Source: an uncultured archaeon (GTDB lineage: Archaea > Iainarchaeota > Iainarchaeia > Iainarchaeales > CAZILS01). From it: DNA of 64,000 nucleotides. Shown here in pieces: positions 8,844 through 18,653 of this stretch (positions are counted from its first letter, which is position 1; each line of letters opens with the position of its first letter). The stretch covers positions 208,724 to 272,723 of the forward strand of contig CAZILS010000001.1 in assembly GCA_964540145.1 (NCBI GenBank), written 5' to 3'. The position numbers and the translations under genes are program-made. The notes beneath the pieces are model-generated. The model ran no database searches and was not told the DNA's origin. It worked only from the letters and a program-made list of their open reading frames with translations.

Positions 8844-11837
8844 TCACTGCTTTATTTCAATAGTCAGCAGCCCGCCGCTTATTGTCAGAATATCGCCGTG
8901 TTTGGTCGCGGCCTGCCCGCTCCTCAGGGCATAGTGGCTGTCGTACACAACCGGTGAGTGGTAATAATCTATTTCCGGGGCAGTTATGCTCTGCACAACC
9001 TCATCAAACTTAACCGACATCTTTTGACAGGTGTATGGCCCGGCCCCGTCAAGATCCGTAAGTGTTATTCCCTCCGCGACATTTTTGCCGTCCATTATAA
9101 CAAGGCCTTGGTTGCCCGGCTGGGTTGTCGTTACCGCTTCTATGGAAAGCGGCTCTGCCAGCCTTTCCGAGAAGTCAAATGTTTCCCCCGCTGCAATATC
9201 GGTTGCTGTTACAAGCAAGCCCCCTTCGTCGTAAAGCTTGAACCTTGCCTTCAGCAGCCCAATTTCCGAGAGTTCAATGAGATTCCCGGTATTGCCGTCC
9301 ACATAAACCTCGACCTCATATTGGCCGTCATTGTCGGTGTCAACCTGCAGCTGCACAATATAGTGCGCAGTATCTAGCGGGCTGCCTCCTGTCGCAACAT
9401 TATCAATCCTGGCGTAGCTATCGTTAATTTCCCCGTTTTCGCTTGTGTCTGTTCCCAACAAGGCCACCCTTCCCCCGTACTCGGGAACAATCAGGACAGA
9501 ATCATTCAGCAGCAACAGCAAATTATACCCTTCCGCGAAGAATATGCCGTATTCAAACACCTTGAGGTTTGTTCCTACAAGCCCGAGGGGGTTTGCGGTA
9601 AATGCAGGCTCTGTGTCCGCAAGCGCCTTGTCCTCCAGATAGTATGAGTTGTTGTAGTTCTGCGTTTCAAGATACTCTAAATCATTTCCTATGTGTGCGG
9701 GGTCCGAGAAGACATTCTCGATTGCGAAACTCACATTCCCGTCCGCCCTTAGAATTGCGTAATCCGCATCCTTGTCTATTATCCTGTACGTAACCTCGTC
9801 AAGAGTAACCTCCTCATTCACATTCGCGGAGGAGACATCCGAGAAGCTCCTGGAAATCCCGTTAAGCAAAATTGCGGTTGTTCCAAGCCTCACATCGACA
9901 TCCTGCCTTTTTGAGTGGTAGTAAAAGGTATTGTTGTCAAACTGCTCCTGGCCTGTGCCGTTATCCGCAAGCTCGAGCCAGAGCGGAACAACATGCCCCA
10001 CGCCACCAGTGTCTGTGAACTCGATCATGCCATTGCCTATCTTAACAGTGGTGAAGCTTGCGGTTACACACCTGTCGGAACAGCAGCTGTCGCTGTCCCT
10101 TGAATCAAGCCATGTCGCTTCACAATCCTGGTAGATTGTGCAGTCGTGGCCGTCTTGGTCATCGCAGGCCATCAAAGTGCACTCATTATTCAAACACTCC
10201 TCATTGTCCTGGCAATCGTCATTCTCCTCGCACCTCTTTAGGTTTATCCGGAGCTCATCTTTCAGGGTTCCAATACAGCTCTCATCGCCTGTTGTAGATG
10301 CCGCAGTTATCAAATCAGTGAACAGCCGGTCGATGCTCTGCGGGCAGGCGCTTCCCTGTGAAGGCTCGTTAATGGGCTCTATTTTGCAGGCCATATCCAT
10401 ATTCTCATAAATGCCGTAAAGGCTATCCCCGCTTGCTATCGCAAGCTCAATTTCGCACTTCCCGTCCTGTATCCCGTTCAGCACATACTCGAAGATATTG
10501 TCTCCTTCAGCAAAGGTAAACTTTGTTCCGTCCGCACACTCATACAATGCCCTGCAAAAACAATCGAAATTATCTTCCTGGGTTGTGTACTTGTTCGCCC
10601 AGTTTCCTGTTCCGCAGTCCCCTGTCAGGGTTGTCACGCAGAAGTTTCCCGCTATCCATTCGTTGCCCGACCTTTCACAACAGTCAAAGTCGGTGAACTC
10701 ACTACATTCAGCCGGGCACTCCCCGTCGCTTTCGGGGAAACAGACGGTAATTTCCGATTCAATCTGTAACTGTGCCTCGCCCCCTGTTATCCGGAGGGGG
10801 GTAACTCTCACAACATTCTCGTCATCCCGGAGTTCGCCTTCCTCGCCCTCTCCAAGAATAACCGTGTCAACCGGCCTATCCTCAAGATCGTAAAGCCCAA
10901 GCGTAACGTTATAGTCCCCGCCCAGATAATGTTTTATTTCTTCAAGCTTCAGCATGTAACCGATATCAACCTTAACCCTCTCCCCCCCGAGCAAGGTGTA
11001 CAAACCATCCCCGATGTTTGAGAGATAGCATGTTGAGAGGCAGCACTTTCCGCTGTCCGAAGCGGGAATCACAGGCGTCCGGCATTGTTCATCGGTATCG
11101 CACTTTGTCCCGTGCTGCCGGAAGCAGGTAAGATAACTTTCGCCTTCACATTCCTCTGTGCAGCACCTTGTGCTGTCCGAAGACTCTATAAAATGTCCCG
11201 GGCAGCCCTCGCTGCTTGAGCAGATATCCCCGCCCATCTCGGAGCAGCTTTTGTAAACACATTCTCCGTCAACGCACTTCTTACTGCTTGGGCACTTCAC
11301 ATATGCGCAGCTGCCCGCAGTCGCCTCGCTGTATGTGCACGGAACAGGACAGCACCTTGCGCTATCAGAAGCATTAATGTAAGTTGCCGGGCAGGCCTCA
11401 TAGCTTTCACAAACTTCGCCATTTCTCTCCCAACATTTTTTCAGCAAGTGGAAACATCGTTTCGGGGAGCCATAACAAAGGTCCTTGGTCGAGTCATCGT
11501 TATCTACACACTCGGAATCAGCATAGCACTGGTCTACTCCTCCTACTCCCTCAACACAATCGCTGTCCCTTCCCACACAGCCGGGAGGGCAGCAGCCATC
11601 CCCGGACAGGCAAGCGGAGATTCTTGTGTTGATACAGGCATTGTCCTCAGCCGAACAGACATCAATTGTGCAGGAATCAAAATCATTGCATTCGGAATGC
11701 CTTTCACATTCTTTTTCCGAACCTTGCAGTCCCGCAATCTCGCCATCGCCGCCGCCTGACGGCAGGGGAGGCGTAGCGCATCCGCTGAAAAGTATGGCCG
11801 TTGCCAGCAGCAAAACCGCAAGAACCCTCGGATTCAT
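8844..11837 (-). CDS. 997-aa secreted, Cys-rich putative lipoprotein/surface protein, family unknown
   Basis: N-terminal signal peptide ending in lipobox-like LFSGC. Dozens of Cys arranged in repeated modules, followed by a Cys-poor beta-rich C-terminal half. No catalytic motif recognised. Confidence 0.75.
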   Translation of the reverse strand: MNPRVLAVLLLATAILFSGCATPPLPSGGGDGEIAGLQGSEKECERHSECNDFDSCTIDVCSAEDNACINTRISACLSGDGCCPPGCVGRDSDCVEGVGGVDQCYADSECVDNDDSTKDLCYGSPKRCFHLLKKCWERNGEVCESYEACPATYINASDSARCCPVPCTYSEATAGSCAYVKCPSSKKCVDGECVYKSCSEMGGDICSSSEGCPGHFIESSDSTRCCTEECEGESYLTCFRQHGTKCDTDEQCRTPVIPASDSGKCCLSTCYLSNIGDGLYTLLGGERVKVDIGYMLKLEEIKHYLGGDYNVTLGLYDLEDRPVDTVILGEGEEGELRDDENVVRVTPLRITGGEAQLQIESEITVCFPESDGECPAECSEFTDFDCCERSGNEWIAGNFCVTTLTGDCGTGNWANKYTTQEDNFDCFCRALYECADGTKFTFAEGDNIFEYVLNGIQDGKCEIELAIASGDSLYGIYENMDMACKIEPINEPSQGSACPQSIDRLFTDLITAASTTGDESCIGTLKDELRINLKRCEENDDCQDNEECLNNECTLMACDDQDGHDCTIYQDCEATWLDSRDSDSCCSDRCVTASFTTVKIGNGMIEFTDTGGVGHVVPLWLELADNGTGQEQFDNNTFYYHSKRQDVDVRLGTTAILLNGISRSFSDVSSANVNEEVTLDEVTYRIIDKDADYAILRADGNVSFAIENVFSDPAHIGNDLEYLETQNYNNSYYLEDKALADTEPAFTANPLGLVGTNLKVFEYGIFFAEGYNLLLLLNDSVLIVPEYGGRVALLGTDTSENGEINDSYARIDNVATGGSPLDTAHYIVQLQVDTDNDGQYEVEVYVDGNTGNLIELSEIGLLKARFKLYDEGGLLVTATDIAAGETFDFSERLAEPLSIEAVTTTQPGNQGLVIMDGKNVAEGITLTDLDGAGPYTCQKMSVKFDEVVQSITAPEIDYYHSPVVYDSHYALRSGQAATKHGDILTISGGLLTIEIKQ

Positions 11838-11900
11838 TATACTAATAGTATATTGAAGTCCTTTAAAAAATTAACTTTTTACCGTTAAACGGTTTCCGGC

Positions 11901-13553
11901 CTATTTATGGGTAAACCAGAGCCTGGTTCGCCTGTTTTCCTGCTTATCTACCCGCGTATAGCCGAATTTTTCCAAATAGACAATGTCCCCTTCTCCCATC
12001 TCATAAAGCCGGCTTTCGGCAACACCGTGCTTTTTGGAGTTGTCCGGCATGACAATTTCAACGTCTCTCCCCCCAACAATCCAGGTCAGCAAAGGCAATT
12101 TCAGGCTCTGCCCCCCGGCATATTCTGCAGAGGCCTGCAGCTCCCCGACATCGACAATCTTGACATTATAGAGTTCCCTAAGCCTCACAACATTTTTGCC
12201 CCTGGCTTTTGAAATTTCCTCCCTTGGAACAAGCAGGCTTTGGGTCCCTTCCCCCAAACCCCTGTCCCTAACCTCCGGCGCATAATGGACATCGAGCTGC
12301 ATCGGCTCCTCGATGAAAGAAATCCTCTCACTCTTCCCCTCGATATACTTCTTGTCGGCATCCGCCAGTTTTTTCACCTCGACAGTAGTATCAGAACTCT
12401 TCATCCCCACCTCAAGAATGATATCCTTCAACGCCCTTGGGTCAAAACCCTTTCTCCTCAGCGCCCTTATCGTCCCTAGCCTCGGGTCGTCCCATCCTTC
12501 ATACTCCCCCCGCTCAATTCCCGCCCTTATCTTTGAGGTGCTTAGAACCATCCCCTCAAGTTTCACTCTCCCGAAGTGGAAACTGTGCGGATAAACCCAT
12601 CCAAAGTACCTGTACAGGAACTTCTGCTTCACCTCGTTCTGCGAATGTTCCTGGCCCCTTATAATATAGGTTACCCCCATCAAATGGTCGTCAACCGCAG
12701 ACTGGAAATTATAGCTTGGCCACACATGAAACTTATTTTCCGCCCGATTGTGCCGGGGCCTGTCAACTGCTTTCCCGGCCCACCAGTCCCTCACACTGGG
12801 ATCGGGATGCCCCAAATCGGTCTTTATCCTCAGCACAGCCCCCCCTTCCTTCAGTTCGTTGCTGAGCATCTTCTCAAAGAGGGCCATCTGCTCCTCCTTG
12901 CATTTCTCCCTGCAAGGACACCCCTCCCTCTTTTTTATTTTCTCTCTCCAGCCTTCAACATCGCAAACACAGACATAGGCCTGCCCAAGTTCAATAACTT
13001 TTTTCATATACGCATGGTAAATTTCAAGCCTGTCGGAAGCAAAATAAACCTCATCTATTTTGCAGCCTAACCATTCCAAATCTTCCCTGAAAATCGCTTC
13101 GGCATTGTCGATCGGCTTTTTTACTTTCGGGTCGGTATCCTCAAACCTAAGAATGAATTTCCCATTGTACATCCTCGCGTACTCGTGGCTTAAAATCGCG
13201 GCCCTCGCATTCCCCAAATGGAAAGGCCCATTGGGGTTTGGTGCATACCTTGTAACAACCTTTTCCCCGCCTTCCCCCCCGGCCCAATCAAGTTTCGGCA
13301 AACCCCCCTCTTTCTCCTTTGGCTTAAGCTCATATCCTTTCTCCCGAAATATCATGAATTCCTTCTCTATTTCATCAAAGCCCATGCCGTTAACCTTAGA
13401 AACAGCCTCCCGTATGCAGGGCATCTCTTCCTTGGCATTAACGCCTTTATTAAGTGCAATGACCTTGCCCACAACTGCGCCGACACTCGCCTTGCCCCTG
13501 TGCAAATAGGCGTTCTTTATGGCATACTTATATGCGTCTTCTTTCACACCCAT
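11901..13553 (-). CDS. gltX: glutamyl-tRNA synthetase (archaeal/eukaryal type)
   Basis: TRYAPNPNGPFHLGNARAA (HIGH-type motif), RFEDTDP, LSTSK (KMSKS-type). The track start 13610 is TTG; ATG at 13553 has an upstream TTTTATTT box. Confidence 0.88.
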   Translation of the reverse strand: MGVKEDAYKYAIKNAYLHRGKASVGAVVGKVIALNKGVNAKEEMPCIREAVSKVNGMGFDEIEKEFMIFREKGYELKPKEKEGGLPKLDWAGGEGGEKVVTRYAPNPNGPFHLGNARAAILSHEYARMYNGKFILRFEDTDPKVKKPIDNAEAIFREDLEWLGCKIDEVYFASDRLEIYHAYMKKVIELGQAYVCVCDVEGWREKIKKREGCPCREKCKEEQMALFEKMLSNELKEGGAVLRIKTDLGHPDPSVRDWWAGKAVDRPRHNRAENKFHVWPSYNFQSAVDDHLMGVTYIIRGQEHSQNEVKQKFLYRYFGWVYPHSFHFGRVKLEGMVLSTSKIRAGIERGEYEGWDDPRLGTIRALRRKGFDPRALKDIILEVGMKSSDTTVEVKKLADADKKYIEGKSERISFIEEPMQLDVHYAPEVRDRGLGEGTQSLLVPREEISKARGKNVVRLRELYNVKIVDVGELQASAEYAGGQSLKLPLLTWIVGGRDVEIVMPDNSKKHGVAESRLYEMGEGDIVYLEKFGYTRVDKQENRRTRLWFTHK

Positions 13554-13624
13554 ATCTACCGCAACAATATAGGCTGAATTCAAATAAAAGGTTAAGGAAT
13601 GTGCTTCCAAACGGGAATCGGGGG

Positions 13625-14383
13625 TTATTTTTTGCTTGCCCAGAATGTGTTGAAATAGGAGTTCAGGGCATTTGCCATCGGCAGGTTGTCCTGCCAGATT
13701 GTGAAGTGGTATTCGGGCTTATGCTGCTCAAGGTCGCTTAAAGCCAGGATAACTTTTTTTCCATCAACAACATATGCGTGTATGCCGTGATCCCCGCTCT
13801 TAATTCCGATGCCCTTTGCCCTGTAGTCCTTTTCGACATGCGCACAATCTTCAGCAATTTTTGCGACAAGCTTAATCTCGACATTTTTGTCTGAAAGGCC
13901 CCTGATACTGTCATTCACAATCCGGTAATCCTTGCCAAGCGTAGTAAACCCGACAACAGATTTATTTGCGCCTTCCAATTCCTTTGAAAGGATGCGCATG
14001 AAATCATTTTTGTCCTTAACTTTCATAACTTTTTCGGAAGCATCTTTCATAAGCCCGTTCTTTGCGAGAACCAAACCCTTCAGCTTTGCGGCCCGGTCTT
14101 CCAGCTTTTTCAAATCCGCCCTCTTTGAGCGTATCAAACCGCCAAAAACAGAATCAACCGACTCCACACGGTACTTTTTCGGCCTGCCAAAAATCTCAAT
14201 AATCAGCCCTTTTTTGGTCAGCCGGTCAAGAACATCGTAAACCCTTGTTTTTGGCACCTGGGCTAGCCTACTTATCTCGGGGGCCTCAGCCTCCGAGAGC
14301 TTGAACATCGCCCCCAAAGTTTTGGCTTCATACTCGGTTAGCCCCAATTCCTCCAGAAGCCTGGTTAACTCTACCTCTGACAT
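13625..14383 (-). CDS. TrmB-family HTH transcriptional regulator
   Basis: LGLTEYEAKTLGAMF...SEAEAPEISRLAQVPKTRVYDVLDRLTKKGLI is the characteristic TrmB N-terminal wHTH. Confidence 0.8.
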   Translation of the reverse strand: MSEVELTRLLEELGLTEYEAKTLGAMFKLSEAEAPEISRLAQVPKTRVYDVLDRLTKKGLIIEIFGRPKKYRVESVDSVFGGLIRSKRADLKKLEDRAAKLKGLVLAKNGLMKDASEKVMKVKDKNDFMRILSKELEGANKSVVGFTTLGKDYRIVNDSIRGLSDKNVEIKLVAKIAEDCAHVEKDYRAKGIGIKSGDHGIHAYVVDGKKVILALSDLEQHKPEYHFTIWQDNLPMANALNSYFNTFWASKK

Positions 14384-14467
14384 GTATTCCCTGTATATAA
14401 TACTGTTACTTAAGTATATAAATTTACTGCTTTCAGTTAATACGTGCTAAATTAAGCACTTAGTTCC

Positions 14468-15277
14468 TCAAAAAAAAGATACTGCCGCATAACCCACCAC
14501 TTCTGCCCTGTTAAGGGTGGTGCTTCCGGAATTGCCATAGTTAAGCAGCTTTCCTGCCTTAAACCCCCTTTCCAGAGCATATGCCATCGCAGCCTCAATC
14601 CCCAAATAGCCGCAAATAGAGAGGTTTTCCCCCTGCACAAGCCTATCAAACCCTCGGATATCCATTTTCTCAATAAGCCCGACAGCCTCCCGGTCTTTTT
14701 TCCTCGCACTTGCTTCCGGCAGGCCGTGTGTAAAATCACTTGAGGCAATAACCGCAACATCTTGGTTATTTGAAACCTCCGCAATGGCTTTCCCAAGCTT
14801 TTCCATTTCCTCAAGGCCTACCCCCCCTAAAGTAACAGGAACGATCTTCACCTTGCCAAAAACATGCTGAAGGAAAGGCAATTGAACCTCTATCGAATGC
14901 TCCCGAATATGGGCAATTTCATCTCGCCCAATCCCAAGCTTCTTGGCAAGCGCTGATGCAAGCCCCTCATCAACCCCGGCCTCGCCCAAAGGCGTTTTCC
15001 AGCCCCCCTCCGGATAAATTGAGATAGGTTCCCCTAATCCGGTATGGTTGGGAGAGAGTATGAAATAAGTATCCGCTTTTTTTAGTGCGTTGTATGCAAA
15101 GGCCGCGATTTTTCCGGAATGGGCAATGCCCGCATGCGGCGCAACAACAACCCCGGAATCATGCGTGGCTTTTCCCCCTTGAAGGGATGCGCCCCTAAAA
15201 AAAGATGAAAGCATGTCCGAAAGTTCCTTTTTGGAAGAAGGATAAAACACCCCCGCAACCGCAGGTTCCCTAATCAT
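14468..15277 (-). CDS. MEMO1 / AmmeMemoRadiSam system protein B family
   Basis: MIREPAVAGVFYP start, VAPHAGI..SG, SPNH, SSDFTH motifs. Confidence 0.8.
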   Translation of the reverse strand: MIREPAVAGVFYPSSKKELSDMLSSFFRGASLQGGKATHDSGVVVAPHAGIAHSGKIAAFAYNALKKADTYFILSPNHTGLGEPISIYPEGGWKTPLGEAGVDEGLASALAKKLGIGRDEIAHIREHSIEVQLPFLQHVFGKVKIVPVTLGGVGLEEMEKLGKAIAEVSNNQDVAVIASSDFTHGLPEASARKKDREAVGLIEKMDIRGFDRLVQGENLSICGYLGIEAAMAYALERGFKAGKLLNYGNSGSTTLNRAEVVGYAAVSFF

Positions 15278-15284
15278 CGGACCA

Positions 15285-15965
15285 CTATTTTGCCATTATT
15301 TTCTTGATTTTTTCCATGTAGAACTTGTTGTCTTTTTCAGGCTCGGGTGCTTTCTCCTGCTCGGTAACCTGATGCTCGAAATCCTCAAGCGTCTTTGAGA
15401 ACTCTTCGTCCTTGCTAATCGTGCCGTTACTCTTCATTATTTCCTTTGCAAGCAGCCAGTAAATAAGCGCAAGGCTCTTTCTGCCCTTGTTGTTTGCCGG
15501 AACAACCAGGTCAACATTCCTTGTCGAGTTGTTTGTGCTGCAGAATGCGACAACCGGCACACCCATCTTGGTCGCTTCGCTTATAGCCTGATAGTCGGGC
15601 TCCGGCTCCGTGGCAATAATCACAGCCGGCTCAATAAACTTCTTCGAGGTGGGGTTTGTCATTGTTCCCGGGACAAACCTTCCAAGGATGGCTCTGCACC
15701 CCATGGTTTCAGCAAACTCCTTGACAGGGGTGTGCCCATATATTTTTCTGGCAACGACGAGAATCCTTTCGGGAGGGAATTGCGCAAGGAACTTCCCCGC
15801 GGTTTTTATCCTCTGGTCGACCATCTCGACATCAAATATCTTGAGGCCGTCTTTCCTTACCTTGTAGATGTATTTGGCCATCTCCCCCGACTTGAATTTA
15901 GTCCCTATATGCGTTCCCGCTTTAAGGTAAACATCCGCCTCTACCAAAAGTTTCTTGTCTTCCAC
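15285..15965 (-). CDS. rps2: ribosomal protein uS2
   Basis: YLKAGTHIGTKF...YIYKVRKDGLKIFD...PVVAFCSTN. GTG start. Confidence 0.9.
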   Translation of the reverse strand: MEDKKLLVEADVYLKAGTHIGTKFKSGEMAKYIYKVRKDGLKIFDVEMVDQRIKTAGKFLAQFPPERILVVARKIYGHTPVKEFAETMGCRAILGRFVPGTMTNPTSKKFIEPAVIIATEPEPDYQAISEATKMGVPVVAFCSTNNSTRNVDLVVPANNKGRKSLALIYWLLAKEIMKSNGTISKDEEFSKTLEDFEHQVTEQEKAPEPEKDNKFYMEKIKKIMAK

Positions 15966-15975
15966 TTCAAATCAC

Positions 15976-16167
15976 CTATGCATGGTATTTCATTATTTCG
16001 TCCAAAAGTTCTGCGTGCGAGAACAATGTTCTCCTGCAGCAATACCTCTCGACCCCAAGGTCGTCCATAACCTTCTCGGCCGGTTCCTTTGCCGATTTCT
16101 TCACGAACTCCTCATATGTGTGTGCGAGAAGTTTCCCGCAACTAAAACATCTTACCGGTACTATCAT
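15976..16167 (-). CDS. rpoN: RNA polymerase subunit N (Rpo10)
   Basis: [12 protein letters not shown]...RYCCRR, the typical RpoN zinc motif. Confidence 0.92.
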   Translation of the reverse strand: MIVPVRCFSCGKLLAHTYEEFVKKSAKEPAEKVMDDLGVERYCCRRTLFSHAELLDEIMKYHA

Positions 16168-16171
16168 AACA

Positions 16172-16786
16172 TCACCTTTTGCTGCTCTGCTTTTTCTTCC
16201 TCGCCTTTGTGCCCAAAGGCTTTTTTGACTCTACTTTCCTTACGTCATCAACCAAGAGCATCCTGTCATAGCCAAGATATTTTTGCCTCAGCTTGTCATC
16301 CTTCGTGAACTCGACAAGCGCTTTTGCTATTGCGCCCCTTGCACTGACAGCCTGTCCGGAAAAACCGCCGCCGTGGACCCTGACATTAATGTCAACCGCC
16401 TTGGCAGGCTCTCCCGCGATATTAACCGGCTCGGTTATGAAATCATAGAGGTAACCGTTGTCAAACAGCCCTATGTCCCTCTTGTTAATCCTTATTTTTC
16501 CGGAGCCCTTCTTGATAACCGCCCTCGCAACCGCACTTTTCTTCTTAGCCTTAGAGGTTATTCCCGTTTTTCTCTTCCTCTTTTTCTTAACAGGCTTCTT
16601 CTTTAATTCTGCCTCCGCCTCAACCTTAGCCGATTCAGGGGCTTCGGCTTTTGCCGCCTCAACTTCAACAGATTTAGGGGCCTCAACTGTTTCTTCGGCA
16701 CCCTTTCGAACCTCGGCTACTTTAGGTGCCTCGGCGTTCGCCTCGGCTGGTGCGCCCTCAATTTTCTTAGTTTCTTTCTCATCCAT
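16172..16786 (-). CDS. rps9: ribosomal protein uS9 with ~75-aa Ala/Glu/Lys N-terminal extension
   Basis: C-terminal [16 protein letters not shown]...YDR.LLV.D.R..E.KK and terminal ...KR. Confidence 0.88.
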   Translation of the reverse strand: MDEKETKKIEGAPAEANAEAPKVAEVRKGAEETVEAPKSVEVEAAKAEAPESAKVEAEAELKKKPVKKKRKRKTGITSKAKKKSAVARAVIKKGSGKIRINKRDIGLFDNGYLYDFITEPVNIAGEPAKAVDINVRVHGGGFSGQAVSARGAIAKALVEFTKDDKLRQKYLGYDRMLLVDDVRKVESKKPLGTKARKKKQSSKR

Positions 16787-16790
16787 CGTA

Positions 16791-17213
16791 TCACCACTTT
16801 GCCCCCAGGTCCTTGCTCAACTGCGCAATTGTAATAACCTTTTCTCCCTCTCTCTTCTGCGCAGCCCTGAGCTTGTCAAATTCCGCGCCCTTAAATTCCT
16901 CAGGAATACTTATAACCACATTAAGCCTCTTGTAGGCTTCCCTGCCCCGCTGTCTTTTTATAGGGAGCATTCCTCTTATCGCCCAGCTGACTATCCTGTC
17001 GGGCATCCTCGAGACGTTGGGACCTTTATGGGGATTCCCCTTGATTGAGATGTCATACCTCTTTTTGTACCTCGCAAGGATATTTTCTTTCCTGCCGGTT
17101 ATGACACTTTTCTCAACGTTTACCAGGGTTATTGCCTCGCCCTTGAGCAACCTCTCCGCCACCATGGAGGACATCCTTCCAAGCACAAGGCTATCAGAAT
17201 TTATCACAGTCAT
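16791..17213 (-). CDS. rpl13: ribosomal protein uL13
   Basis: GRMSSMVAERLLKGE.I.LVN.EK..ITG...RMPDRIV..AIRGMLP. Confidence 0.9.
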   Translation of the reverse strand: MTVINSDSLVLGRMSSMVAERLLKGEAITLVNVEKSVITGRKENILARYKKRYDISIKGNPHKGPNVSRMPDRIVSWAIRGMLPIKRQRGREAYKRLNVVISIPEEFKGAEFDKLRAAQKREGEKVITIAQLSKDLGAKW

Positions 17214-17221
17214 TTTCTCAC

Positions 17222-17587
17222 CTATTTAATAATTACCAAATCAGATGCCTTTGGTTTTGCCTCCATAAGTTCGCTTAGTGTAAAGGCCTTTCCCCCGCCT
17301 TCCTTGATTTTCACCAAAGCCCTCTCTGAGAACTCCTTTGCCGCAACATTAACCCCTTCCGTCTTTCCGACAGAAGTAACTTTCCCCGCAACCACAAGTA
17401 TTTTTCCCTTGAATTTAGCCGCAAGCTTGCCGATTTTCCAGAGATTAACCGTAATCCTGCTTCTCCTCGGCTTGGCAACAACTTTAGATACGTCTATCCA
17501 TATCCTTTGCTTGTTCGCTTTGCCGTATTTCTCCAGTTGCACAACAAGTTTCCTTGTCGCTTCCCTTGTCGGTCCTGTTTTCTTCAT
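17222..17587 (-). CDS. rpl18e: ribosomal protein eL18 (L18e)
   Basis: 121 aa with TNP-type start, VNLWKI and ILVVAGKV. Conserved position upstream of L13. Confidence 0.85.
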   Translation of the reverse strand: MKKTGPTREATRKLVVQLEKYGKANKQRIWIDVSKVVAKPRRSRITVNLWKIGKLAAKFKGKILVVAGKVTSVGKTEGVNVAAKEFSERALVKIKEGGGKAFTLSELMEAKPKASDLVIIK

Positions 17588-17666
17588 ATCATTTCACTTT
17601 CTTCAATTTCTTTTTTTATTTTTCGCAAACTTTCTTCTGTAAACCTTTCTTTTCTAAAGAAAAGTT

Positions 17667-17750
17667 TGCAGGAGGACGGATTCGAACCGCCGAAGGCACT
17701 AAGCCACAGGATCTTAAGTCCTGCCCCGTTGACCGCTTGGGTACTCCTGC
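17667..17750 (-). tRNA. tRNA-Leu (anticodon UAA), no encoded CCA, no intron
   Basis: Folded by hand. Acceptor GCAGGAG/CTCCTGC+A; anticodon stem CAGGA/TCCTG with loop CTTAAGA; long variable arm; T arm GGCGG-TTCGAAT-CCGTC. Confidence 0.9.
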
Positions 17751-17889
17751 GGAACTTTTTTGCAAAAAGTTCACAAAAATGCCCCATCTCCGATGGGGTT
17801 GCATCCATCAGCCCCTGTCTGCCCGAAGGGCCCGGGAGCTTCTGCTTGCAGAACCCAAGCAGGCCGGCCAATGCAAACGTCCTGTTTTT

Positions 17890-18645
17890 TTAACCACCAA
17901 CTTTTTTTATTTTTTCCATGAATTCCTTGTTTTTCCCCGCGAGTGCGTTCACCGCGCCCAATAAAACATCCTGGGTCCCGAGTGAACCATGGCTCTCAAC
18001 AGCCAGTATGTATGAGGAAGTATCATATTCGAGCTTGAACGCCCCGGTTTTACAGATGTCCTTGCACTTTCCGCAGAGATTGCACTGTAAAGGGTCCTTG
18101 AGAACAACCTTGTTCGCCTTAATCTCAAGTGCGCCCTTTGAGCAATTCTCGACACAATCCTTGCACAGGTTACAATCCTTTCCCACGGTAATCACGGGAA
18201 GCTGGTTGTAGCTTATGATGGCGGGCTGCCACTTGGCGTGTTCCTTGCCAACACCCATAATTGCGGTTGCCTCAAGCCTAATCCTCTGCCCTTTCTTCAG
18301 TTTTGCGACAGGAATTTCCTTCTCGATTATGTCGATTACAGGGTCTGTTGTTTTGATGTCCTTGGAATAAATAGTTCCGGGGCCTTCCTTGTCGAGTGTG
18401 AACTTGACCTTGTCGCCAAGCTTAAACTTCTTTGGGTCTGTCTTTATCGGCAGCAGCCCGAGCCTGTGTGCGAGGTATTCATCAAACAAAATCGAAGAGT
18501 TGTCGTAGAAAGTCACATCCTCTATCGCGAACACAGGGACCGAATTCATTGCGGCCCTCCTGATTGAGTTCATGAAAACATGATCCGTGCCCTTAACCAA
18601 AATCTTAGTGATGCCGCCTTTATCGCTAACCTTTTTCACATCCAT
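17890..18645 (-). CDS. rpoD: RNA polymerase subunit D (Rpo3) with ferredoxin-like 4Fe-4S Cys clusters
   Basis: F.NS.RR....VP..AIEDV....N.S...DE.LAHRLGL.P. Two clusters, CNLCKDCVENC and CNLCGKCKDIC. Confidence 0.9.
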   Translation of the reverse strand: MDVKKVSDKGGITKILVKGTDHVFMNSIRRAAMNSVPVFAIEDVTFYDNSSILFDEYLAHRLGLLPIKTDPKKFKLGDKVKFTLDKEGPGTIYSKDIKTTDPVIDIIEKEIPVAKLKKGQRIRLEATAIMGVGKEHAKWQPAIISYNQLPVITVGKDCNLCKDCVENCSKGALEIKANKVVLKDPLQCNLCGKCKDICKTGAFKLEYDTSSYILAVESHGSLGTQDVLLGAVNALAGKNKEFMEKIKKVGG

Positions 18646-18653
18646 AATTTCAC

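Noticed and set aside
17584-17871. 95-aa minus-strand ORF.
   Set aside because: It runs straight through the well-folded tRNA-Leu gene and the hairpin spacer, so it is not coding.
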